Part shown: positions 24,303-34,356 of the stretch, piece by piece
Layout: every line of letters begins with the position of its first letter
How positions within the stretch are numbered: the stretch's first letter is position 1
DNA from: Phoronis australis
Taxonomy: Eukaryota; Animalia; Phoronida
Direction: 5' to 3'
NCBI GenBank assembly: GCA_002633005.1
Contig: NMRA01000818.1
Coordinates: 53,245-117,244 of the forward strand
Length of the DNA: 64,000 nt
Program-made: the position numbers and the translations under genes
The notes under the pieces: generated by a model
Told to the model about the DNA's origin: nothing
The model's database searches: none
What the model saw: the letters and a program-made list of their open reading frames with translations, nothing else

Positions 24303-27242
24303 TCATTTATTAAACCAATTGACAAAGAATTTCTTACTCTCCCCCCTTTCCTGTGCTTTGTGGGATAAGGAGCCCCCCATCGCTAGGTTGCACCAGTACG
24401 GAACTTCAGCTGTAGGCATCTCCAGGTTTTGAAGAAGATTGTCACTGTCTTCAAACCATGCTCCTCTGGCTCCAATCACCACTGGATAAATCGCTACAGA
24501 GTCAACTCCCAGTCTCTCTTGCAGTATGGGCTGGAGTACAGTGTACTTCTCAACCTTCTTTCTGTGGGCAGATCGAAGGGATTCATAAGAATCATCCCAC
24601 ACAATGGTTGGATCTATGACAAGAGCGTGGCGTTGGTGGTTAACGGCCACAATGTCTGGTACTAGCGTTGACTCCTGTCCGTTGTCGTTCAGAACTGTGA
24701 TGTGGGGTTCCACCTGGTAACGCATCCCCTTAGACTTGAGGAATTGCACCACCCTCCATACAATTCTGTTGTTCCGAGCTATTCTATTGGCTTTCACAGA
24801 GTGACACGCCCCAAGAATGTGACTCAGTGTCTCAACTGTCCTATGACAGCGTCGGCACCGAGAATCCCGGTTCAGTCGGCCTCTGTTAATCGCCTCGCGT
24901 GTCTGATACCTGTTAGTTCTCATTCTCAACGCACCGATAACTTCACCTTCACTGAAGAACGAATAGCCGCAAAGCCATTTGTTACTTTCCGGGCCGAAGA
25001 GATCGGCCCCCTTACCCTGACAGCCCAATGCTGTCCACTTCTTCAGTTCAGATGATCGCCAGTTCTTACAGAGCCTGTCATCGCCGTAAGCATATTTACC
25101 TTCAAGATCCTTCACCTTCTCGGAGAGCTTAGTCCGAAGACAAATGGCCCCCAATAACGGATCAGTTTCTTTCAGGTGCGCACGGTATCTTCCGAGCAGC
25201 AAGAGAGGGACCTTGTAGCGGAAACACGGTAAGCCGAGCCCTCCTTTCTTCTTTGAAACATAGAAGAAGGAATTGTTGATGCTATCACTCAACTTTAGCC
25301 ATGTTCTAACCCAGAACCGTACTTCTTTGTCTAGCTCATTGAGGACACCAACCGCAGTATGACCCGTGCTAAGTTGATGAAATAACTTGGGGCAGACATA
25401 GTCTGTCAAAATGGTCACACGTTGAGTCGGCTTAAGTCCTCGAAATGAATGTAAGTTGTTACTATGACGCCGAAGACACTCAGTGGGATTGCTCACCATA
25501 GTTCCTCTCCATGGATCGAATCTGCTCCCGGGATTTTTAGCAGATTCACCCGGCACTACCCAAGGTATGTCCTCCCCATTCAGAACGAACGGGGCGCACG
25601 AATTGTCAGTGAAGGAACGTGGAGTTGATTTCAAATTGAAGCCAACGCTCTTCCGCACATTCAACTTCATGCCCGTGTCTGCGCAGAACCGCTCAACGAT
25701 CTTTAAGTTCTGCTGCATACCTTTTCGATCACGGGAGATGACACCAGTATCGTCTGCATATGCTAAGGCGGCGACAGTGTGGCTGTTTGCAGAATACCCT
25801 TGCCCTTCTTTTTCCAAAGTACAGATCAGGGGATCCATACATAGGAGAAAGAGTACCGGTGAAAGCGGATCACCTTGTTTAACACCACGCTCCATGGGGA
25901 TGATGTCAGTTTTCCTCTTTTGTAAACTGAAATATGTCCCACTATTGTGGTACATATCAGCTACAATTTTAATAAAGTGCGGGTGCACTTTAAGGCGTTC
26001 GAGGGCACTGATGAGATGTGCACGCTCGACGGTGTCAAACGCTTTCGCCAAATCCAAGAAGGCCATACAAATTTCCCCACCATCAGACTTGACCAGGCGC
26101 AGGAGCTGTTCAACCAAGGAAGTGTTTATGGCACAACCCGGTTTACGTATGAAGCCCTTTTGCCGGTCGCAAAGTGGCACCGCACCCAGAAGTCTTCTAG
26201 CAAGAATCTTCGTATATAGTCTCAATACTATACTCGATATCGTAAGCGGCCTCCAGTTGCCAATGTCCTCCAGGTTCTCGGTACCCTTAGGAAGGAGTAT
26301 CGATCGCCCAGATTTCAAAGACTCCGGGATAACACCACTAACGAACCAAGCATTAAGTATCGAAACCAGTAATCCTTTCTTGGCAGCCAAGGCCCTCAGG
26401 TCGGACGCTTTGATGTTATCAGGTCCTGGGGCGGTAGACGTCCGGAATCCCATAATGGCCCGAGAGATCTCACGCTCGGTAATGGGAGACATCAATTGCC
26501 CATTATCCGCATACCCCATGGGGGGAGCGAAATTACTGAGGTCGACTTCTTTAACAGCGTCAGAGCTACCAAAACGCATTTTGTATGTGTCATACACTAA
26601 CGTTGGGTCCAGCGGACAACGACAGTCCCCTTTACCATCAAGGATCTGTCCAGCTAAGGCCTTGCGGTTCGTATCAAAGAGAGTCTGAACTTTCCGGAAA
26701 GAAGCGGCCTTCTTTCCTTTCACTCCAGCCCCCTTTCGCCGGTTCCCAAAGCTCGGTTGTGTTGGTTGCCTCGAGGTTACTGCTGATGCCAACACGGTGG
26801 CATGATCGGCTGCAGTAACTACGTCAGTGAAGCACTTGCAAAAGGTTTCGTATGCGGCAGCCGTAGGTTCCGAATCATGAAGATCTTCGCCCACAGCTAC
26901 ACACAAGTCCCGGATGTTGTCCCTCCAAGCGGCCTCGGAGTTGTCGGGGGGTAACTCAACGTGCAAGATGTCGGGTGTCCTTTCCTTGACTGTTGGCTCC
27001 TTGTCACTTATCACGCCTCTCCTTTTCAGATCGGAGATCTTACTAGAGAGCTGCGTAGATGTTTTTCCTGGCAAGAGGCCCTGCGCCACAAGAGCTTGAC
27101 ACCAATGTTTCTTGCCTTCTCGCATTGCACGCGAATAGAAGTCCGATAGAATATTGACCTCTTCAACTGACCAGACTGACTTCCTAGCAGCGCCCCCTTT
27201 CTGAAGACGAACCAGCGTACGCTCGGTTCGCTTCCTCTCCAC
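24303..27242 (-). CDS. R2 ORF, open part: Myb-like, RT, CCHC, RLE endonuclease (979 aa from GTG)
   Basis: Same motifs as 17386-20295. The C-terminus after NLAMGG differs between the two copies by a G-run frameshift and reads into flanking DNA. Confidence 0.85.
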   Translation of the reverse strand: MERKRTERTLVRLQKGGAARKSVWSVEEVNILSDFYSRAMREGKKHWCQALVAQGLLPGKTSTQLSSKISDLKRRGVISDKEPTVKERTPDILHVELPPDNSEAAWRDNIRDLCVAVGEDLHDSEPTAAAYETFCKCFTDVVTAADHATVLASAVTSRQPTQPSFGNRRKGAGVKGKKAASFRKVQTLFDTNRKALAGQILDGKGDCRCPLDPTLVYDTYKMRFGSSDAVKEVDLSNFAPPMGYADNGQLMSPITEREISRAIMGFRTSTAPGPDNIKASDLRALAAKKGLLVSILNAWFVSGVIPESLKSGRSILLPKGTENLEDIGNWRPLTISSIVLRLYTKILARRLLGAVPLCDRQKGFIRKPGCAINTSLVEQLLRLVKSDGGEICMAFLDLAKAFDTVERAHLISALERLKVHPHFIKIVADMYHNSGTYFSLQKRKTDIIPMERGVKQGDPLSPVLFLLCMDPLICTLEKEGQGYSANSHTVAALAYADDTGVISRDRKGMQQNLKIVERFCADTGMKLNVRKSVGFNLKSTPRSFTDNSCAPFVLNGEDIPWVVPGESAKNPGSRFDPWRGTMVSNPTECLRRHSNNLHSFRGLKPTQRVTILTDYVCPKLFHQLSTGHTAVGVLNELDKEVRFWVRTWLKLSDSINNSFFYVSKKKGGLGLPCFRYKVPLLLLGRYRAHLKETDPLLGAICLRTKLSEKVKDLEGKYAYGDDRLCKNWRSSELKKWTALGCQGKGADLFGPESNKWLCGYSFFSEGEVIGALRMRTNRYQTREAINRGRLNRDSRCRRCHRTVETLSHILGACHSVKANRIARNNRIVWRVVQFLKSKGMRYQVEPHITVLNDNGQESTLVPDIVAVNHQRHALVIDPTIVWDDSYESLRSAHRKKVEKYTVLQPILQERLGVDSVAIYPVVIGARGAWFEDSDNLLQNLEMPTAEVPYWCNLAMGGSLSHKAQERGESKKFFVNWFNK

Positions 27243-28424
27243 ATCAGCCCTTGCTCTAGCTATTCTCCCCTCGTTACGGAGAATAGGGTGCCTGTGCCGT
27301 TCGTGTTGGCTAAGGCCAGTCCTAGAAGGTCAAGAGAAGGGGCATGCGGAGCACTTGAATCGCCCTGGAATTGCTAGATTGTCAATCGGTCCTTTGCACT
27401 TCGCGTAATGGTGGGCAATGGAGAGACAAGGATAGTCAATTTGGCATTTGCCGCATTTGAGACGATACTCGGTGTTGCAATGGCGTATCCTCAAATGTTT
27501 GTGGAGTGGCATGGGTCTTAAGAAAAATTCTAAGCACTGAGGGCAATCGAATCTGTTGGCAGGATACATGGCTGTACTGCCGCCAGAAACCACCTGATTA
27601 CCCACAGGGTCCTCGACAAGATCCACATCCTCCCCTTCGTTAAGGGGCACCACGTTGAGGGGGCCCTCATCGGGTGTGTCTTGGACTCCTCCAGCCAAAT
27701 GACAGGAATCGGTGACGCGCTCTGCTGATACTTCGGGTACACTTGATGTGGAGGGTACCACACTGGTATCACGCGTAGCTCGCACTTGAGAGGCCCCAGA
27801 TGGGCTGGACCTCTCATCGGTAGTTCGAAGTAGAGAGTTTGAACCTCTGGCACCAACTGTACTCTCATCAACAGTTAGTGTTGCACCGCATGCAGAATTA
27901 CCACAGTCCCCATGGGAAGGACATGTGGTTGGTGACGACCGTGCATTTTGATGGCTGACGCCAGTTCCGAAACCGGAGTGCTCAGCTGCACACTTTCACG
28001 GGTTCGCCGGTTCAGGTTGAGGTGCCTGAACATAGCCAGGGAGTTCTCGGCTATTCTCCCTCGCCCCACGTTGAGACGGCCCCCGATTTGTAACAAAGGT
28101 CGCCAGGCACCTGGGTTCCCCATTGTTCGTCTTATTGGTACGTTCCATATCCGATAGGTTGTAGGGTAAGTTAACGTCTAAACCTTAGGAAAGACGGCCC
28201 CTTTCCTAAGACATTCCGTTATTGGAGATGCCGTCGACAAGCAGCGTTGTGCCTTGGCTCCTTAGCAAAGTATCACATCCACTATACTCCTTATTGCCAA
28301 ATCATTATCTAGAACCATCTGTCTACAGTAAATAGTTCTAAGGACATACAATACAAGTGTCACCTTCCCAACTCTGGCCACAAGGAGGCGACCAAATACC
28401 ACCATTAAGAGAGTCATAGATACT
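24362..28424 (-). mobile_element. Near-full-length R2 copy (array unit 3)
   Basis: Same organisation as unit 2. The RT-RLE region is almost identical to unit 2. Confidence 0.95.
28249..28415 (-). ncRNA. HDV-like ribozyme, P4 type B
   Basis: GACUCUC / UUUGGUC / GCC-UCCUUGU-GGC / CAGAGUU / GG / P4 AAGGUGACAC..GUGAUACUUU / CUAA / GAGCCAA. Confidence 0.82.
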
Positions 28425-30179
28425 ATTGCTCTCCGGTGACTACTCCTTCACATCATTCTCATGGGCAAGTCTGCCAACAGTATCTTTGGCATCAATGCTG
28501 CAGAATGTAGAGGCACCCTGAGTTTTCTCCATGGAAATAGGGGCTGCGACAGCTGTCTGCTTGGTTGTCTCTTTGTTAGCAAATGTTGGTGTCAACCTAT
28601 GGTCAGACAGCAAATGGACTTATGTGCCATTTCTGATTACTTTTTGGTTTCTCTCTGGTATGTCGACAATAGTACAGCCGCACATTGACAGGTTCCCCAT
28701 TGTTATGTTTCTTGGCGTTATTCATGACAGTAAAGGTTTAGGTTAAGTTAACGTCTAAGGCTGGTCTGTCTCAAGCTGCATTGCCTGTTTAAGTNGCAAA
28801 TGTTGGTGTCAACCTATGGTCAGACAGCAAATGGACTTATGCGCCATTTGTTATTACTTTTTGGTGTCTCTGGTATATCGACAATAGTACAGCCACACAT
28901 TGACAGGTTCCTCATTGTTATGTTTCTTGGCATTATTCATGACAGTAAAGGTTTAGCTTAAGTTAACGTCTAAGGCTGGTCTGTCTCAAGCTTCATTGCC
29001 TGTTTAAGTTAATGATGTCTCGGAATGTAAAATAAATTGCATTATTTTTTTACCAAGACTAAATTATTTCTTAATTTATTTTTTGAGAGATATTTGTGAC
29101 TTGACTGAGAAAATGTTACTGTCAAATTAATGACTTGCGTCTTTCCATTTTCTTGCATCACGATACTATTTTTTCACCAAGAGCAAAATATTGCTTATTT
29201 TGTTTTTTATGGCATTTGTGACTTACGTGATTGAGAAAATGTCATAGCCAATTTTATAAACTGTCGCATGATCGTTTTAATACCACTGCAATGTGCAGCC
29301 ATAGCCTGTTCACCGCATTTTTGTCCTGTTGACTCATGTTCTCAAAGTCACCACTGAAAGTTATGATGTACTTCTTGATATGAAAGAAAGAAGATCACAT
29401 TTTGATCAATGTTCTCTGGTCTCAAATTTTGTGAATGTTGTCATAGATGTTTCTTGCCTTCTCGCATTGCACACAAATAGAATTCTGATAGTATATTGTC
29501 TTCATCTGACCAGACTGACTTCCTAGCAGTGGATATGGCATTGTCTTGTTCCATTAGGCTTAGGTCTTGGTTTTTAGCTCGGTCTTCACGGTCTTGTTCC
29601 ATCAGGCTTAGTGATAATTTTCAGGTCATTCATTACTGTCTTTCCCAGCCACAATTAGTCTTGCAGTTTCATAGTGCTCAGTGTTAATTGTTAGCTCAAT
29701 AATGCTTTTCTCCGTTCAGGCTTAGTCTTAAGATGGCCTCTTTGGAATGTTGCACATTCCAAGAATGAATATGGCATTGTCTTCTTCGATCGGGCTTAGG
29801 TCTTGGTTTTTAGCTCGGTCTTCATGGTCTTGTTCCATCAGGCTTAGTGATAATTTTCAGCTCATTCATTATTGTCTTCCCCAGCCACAATTAGTCTTGC
29901 ACTTTCATAGTGCTATAGCCCCCGTTGTGTAACAAGGGTCGCCATACTCTGACAAGTCACTCAGATTCATCTCAACGTGAAGACTGCCTGATCTGTACAG
30001 TTTCAACAAATTTTACTTTTGCCACTTCATGAATTTAACCGATGGATTCTGATGACGAAATTTTCCGTGACTGTAAAAAGCTACAAGCTGAAATTCAAAA
30101 CTTTTCATTAGGGTTAGGGTGATTAGCGTGCTCCTCAGTGTTGGATCAGGTTGTTAGACCTTGATTGGTATTAATGTAG

Positions 30180-31260
30180 ATTTTAGCCCCGCCCCTGGAG
30201 TTTCATAATACAATTGGTTCCAGCGTTGGGCCTCATTTCATTTTTGGCCCAGGAGTGGGATGGCAACAGAGCGAGCACTCTCTGGCAGCTGAGTGAGCAC
30301 TCTCTATCTCCAAGTTTGATATCGCCTGCTTGCTTGACATTGGCAACTTGCAAGAAGAGGCTGAGTACATTTCTTCGGTACACGAGATGTTTGGTGGTCT
30401 GTGTGATATGATAAGGTACAACTGAACCCACTTGAGAGAGAGAGAGATTGCAATGTTGAAAAAGTGAAACATGTTAGTAATTGTATAATTGTTTCACATG
30501 AGTTATTTCCTTCTATTCTTTCACCAAGTCTAAAAAATATTGCTTAATTTATGTTCTTTAAAGTTATTCTTGGAAAATGTCGCGCTCCATTTGATGACTT
30601 TCATCTTTCCATTGTCCTGCATCATTTCTGTAGCTCCTCAGTTTCCCTATGCAATGAAGAGCAAAACAACCTGCTTTACTAAACTGTCACAATCGTCTCG
30701 TCTTCTTGTTGCTGTGTTGTTGCCAGTATGTTATGACCGGCTAGTGGCAACAATGATAATGATACTGTTATAATAATAATATATTGAAGAAATAAAAATT
30801 ATGTAAGCAACAGTTACAATATAGCTAGCAAGACATGACACGTCTTACGTTCTTGGAATGAAACCAACTACTAACAAAGAGTTCTGGCATGGTCCCCACG
30901 TGACCCACGACACGTACTCCGATTAGATAGGTGGAACTGCTGCAATGAAGTTGTCCAATACTCACACAGTCATGTAGGACTTCTGTGGAGCTATCCGTCT
31001 TCATGGGAACGGTCTGCACTGCTCTCTTTTAAGAAATCAGATTACTCAATTTTCCCTTTTTTTGAGAGAATGCTTGGATTGCAGATGTTGGTCCACCACC
31101 AAGAAAACAACACGTGCATTTTCTCTTACGTTTTGGTGTCTTCTGGTACACACCGCCATGAATGATTTCAAAGAGTCACTTTAGATTGACAACCATTATG
31201 CCGCATTCGTGGCCCTGCCTCTGACTTCTTTCCGTAATTTTTCAGGCACAGGTTTCTGTA
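30180..31260 (-). pseudogene. ZF-recombinase gene, older degenerate copy D
   Basis: HLVYRRNVLSLFLQVANVKQAGDI matches the Arg-box exon. A ZF-exon remnant (VVDQHLQSKHSLKKG) lies at ~31020-31260. Confidence 0.65.
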
Positions 31261-31879
31261 AAAGAAATGAAAAGTTATTTTTGTTACTATTAATTATTGA
31301 TTTCAATTGTTACATTGCATGAATGAGAAAAGCCAAGTTTTTAGCCAAGATTTACTTATGATGCAAAAAAAATGGCTTGCTGTCTGACAAGCCGTGTGCG
31401 ATTTCATGTGGTTGTCGAACATCAAAATTGGCAAAAAAGTTATCACTTTGCTTCTTGGGAATGAATTCCTCCATTTTTTTCTAAGAAAAAGCAATTTAGT
31501 CAGTTATGGTGAGGGTTGGCAGGCCAAGTCTCTACTGCTTTGAGGATGCATTATCACTTTGACGGAAGTGAAAAGTACCACAGATTCACTTCAACTTTTA
31601 ATATAGTGTCTTGGACCACAATGCAATATTGACACCGATGCATGGTGAAGCAATTTACAAATTCCAATTAACCATCGTTTTCAGTGAGTGGGGAGTTCTG
31701 TGGAATTTATTTTAATAGTCACAATTAATTAAAATCCATAACTGTGGTCCCTGGCATTTGTAGAAGCTGTGTTTTCTGAACTGTGAATTCACTCATTAAC
31801 AAACAGCCTTGTGTCTTTCTTTGAAATAATATGTCGCCTTTTTGTGTTTCTGTGTCGCTTTACATCTGGCGTGGTAGTT

Positions 31880-32500
31880 TGCACTCATGTCCTTAAGTTC
31901 AACTGGTTGAGAAACAGATTGTCCCTGCCTGATCGAGATGCATCTGTCTCTCAGGAAAGATTAGAGTCTGGCCATTTTGTCTGGTAGATCCATATTGGAG
32001 AGTTTGTATCTCATGCCATCATGCCATACAGAGTCAAAACATTATGGCACTCGTGCAAAAGTGGTTGCCTAATGCAACTCTGCCGTCTGATGTCAGTCTA
32101 TGGATGTGTTCGGTTCCTTCACAATTTTTCATATAGGCTCTCTGCCAGCAATTATAGAGGCCTTTGGAATCCAGTTCTGTGTTGATTCTATTCGTGAGGA
32201 TTCATTTGAACATTTTGCCTATGTATGATAGCAGACTGATTGGGCAGTAGTTGGCTGGGTTAGAGTGGTCTTTGGTTTGGGTATCATGACACCCAGTGCG
32301 CTTTTCTCCCATGAAGAGATAGCAGACATTTTGTCAGAACGTCGTAGGAGTTGGAATCGCTTCCTGTGCTGCTGTTTTTCTTACACTTAAAAATGGCCGA
32401 GCCTAGTTTGGGTTTTAGTGTTGCTGAGTTGAGTGTGTTTACTTTGAAGTCTTAACCTGAAAATTCTGGCAACATTGGGTGACAAAGGTGATCCTATAGC
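31880..32500 (-). mobile_element. Decayed APE-type LINE reverse transcriptase fragment (I/Jockey-like)
   Basis: Minus strand gives MIPKP..DHSNPANYCPISLLSYIGKMF, FDSVWHDG and SFLRDRCISIR, with stops and frameshifts. Confidence 0.75.
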
Positions 32501-32821
32501 TGCTCCCTTGTCAGCGGGTAAAGTTCGCTGTGGAATCTGAAGGCTGTCAATATGAGGCAGAACATAATTAATTCAGAAAACTGTAACAGCATCACATGCT
32601 ATTCTGGTCAAACTTGTAACCTTAATGCAGTGCCAGTTCTGCCTCAGCAGACATGCAGAGTTGCAGACTTGGAAGAGTTACAGGCTCCTTTGGGCGTCCT
32701 ACACAAGAAATGGCTAAATGACTTCACATGACACATTTCACAGTTCACTGATTACTTGTAACAGAAGAAAATAGCTGGAAACTGTCTCTTCTGTGGCTCG
32801 TGTGTTTTTCCAGCATTGTAA

Positions 32822-33153
32822 CGTAGAAAATAAATCTGAAACTAAATAAGGCGATCCAGATCCTCCCAAGGATACTATTGTTTCATGAAATGAAGAATAT
32901 AAATCGGTAAATAAAACAACAAGAATGGATCAACTGAAATTTGAAATTTTCGGATGTAACAACTTCCTTTATCAACAAAAACAGAAATCAAGTAAAATCA
33001 AACACAAAATGACAATTCCATATGTTATATGTCAATTGTCATTTTGTGTTTGATTTTACTTGATTTCTGTTTTTGTTGATAAAGGAAGTTGTTACATCCG
33101 AAAATTTCAAATTTCAGTTGATCCATTCTTGTTGTTTTATTTACCGATTTATA
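32822..33153. mobile_element. 332-bp insertion containing a 121-bp-arm palindrome, 13-bp TSD
   Basis: Arms 32897-33017 and 33034-33154 are reverse complements. TCCAGCATTGTAA is duplicated at 32809-32821 and 33154-33166. The empty site is at ~36715-36726. Confidence 0.85.
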
Positions 33154-33605
33154 TCCAGCATTGTAAAAATTATCCAATTAAGAACTGTGAATAATTATTT
33201 TGTTTAAGCTTAGGCGAGACCTTGTCTTAAATTCTAGACATAGCCAGTATTGGCAGTTCCAAAGTCACGAAACACTGGGAAGACCGGACTTACCCTCTCA
33301 ACTATTTGATAATATGTCCGAAATACCAGAATCATGAAAATTTATTTTTATTGGAGTTTTGGTCTCCCAATTTCTAGACTCTGATGAAATTGGAGAATTT
33401 TTTCTAGGCATAGCTATTCCGTCTGCAAGTTTTTCTTTCCACTTTTCACGCACACTTTGCAAACCTTTTGGTCATGCGTAACCACATCCACTGTTTTGTA
33501 ATAGCAGAGCACCATGAGAATGCTGTATCCATTCCCATCATATTTCATGTAAAAATATGATGTGTAATCGGGCATTGCTGCTGTTTTTTAAGACCTGTTT
33601 CTCAT

Positions 33606-34356
33606 AAGGCCCTTTCATATTGACTTAACTCCGGTCTGGGAGCGTCGACGTAAACAGCGCAGTTAACTGGACTGTTCATACTGGCTTCGGTAGTTAATGA
33701 CCATCGAAGTTATTGCAAGGTAGCGCTGCACGCTAAGATTTTTTCAGTGTGACAATGTGGGAACATTTAAATGTGCTAAATCACATTAAACTCATTTTTA
33801 AATCGATTGGTTATCATTAGAGCAAAAAATAAGTTATTAGTGACGGCACTACTCTGTAACTGTTGACGATAACAGTGGCACCTGGCGATAACTTCTATTA
33901 GACCGGAGTTAAGCGTAGAATCTTGCCCAGCTTTTTATAGGCTAAGGAGCAACCTACTGGATGGCACTGTTACATGCCTACAACATATAGTGCATGGCAA
34001 CAAATGGAAACGTCTGTCCGTTTTCCTAAAGGAGACTTGCAGACTTGAAAACTTTCTTCACGAGGACCCATAATTGGGGTCTCGTGCCTTTGCTCAGGTG
34101 TTTTGTGCAATGGACCCAACCAAGAGGCCTGCGCACGTCTGATGCACCGCAAATGACATCAGACCACCTGCACTGTTTTTTTTTTTTTTTTTGGAGTTAA
34201 GCGTTCATACTGCACCGCAGCATCGACGCTGCGGTCTTAAATCCACGTATTAACTGCGATGTTAACTGGAGCTGTTAACTTCGATCCAGGACCGGAGTTA
34301 AGCGTTCATAGTGACCGCAACTCCCCAAATCATCGACGTTAGTATGAAGGGCCCTT
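33606..34356. mobile_element. MITE with imperfect TIRs AAGGCCCTTTCATA / TATGAAGGGCCCTT (Harbinger-like); second copy 37167-37632
   Basis: Terminal inverted repeats plus internal repeats of GGACCGGAGTTAAGCGTTCATA and its reverse complement. Confidence 0.7.
33917..34192. mobile_element. 276-bp insertion ending in T17, with 12-bp TSD GGAGTTAAGCGT
   Basis: TSD at 33905-33916 and 34193-34204. Absent from the paralogous MITE at ~37470. Confidence 0.75.

Larger units (their letters stand above)
5996..28424 (-). repeat. Tandem macro-repeat, ~7.0 kb unit (R2 + degenerate recombinase-gene fragments + short RT fragment + 27-bp repeats)
   Basis: The ribozyme first base recurs at 5996, 13045, 14456 (after N join), 21406 and 28415, giving periods of 7049, 6950 and 7009 bp. 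Internal junctions are identical in every unit. Confidence 0.93.

Noticed and set aside
28425-28455. Extended 28S similarity upstream of the remnant (TGAAG..GT.A.CGG)
   Set aside because: Weak and gapped. It could be chance within recombinase-derived sequence and cannot be supported without an alignment statistic.
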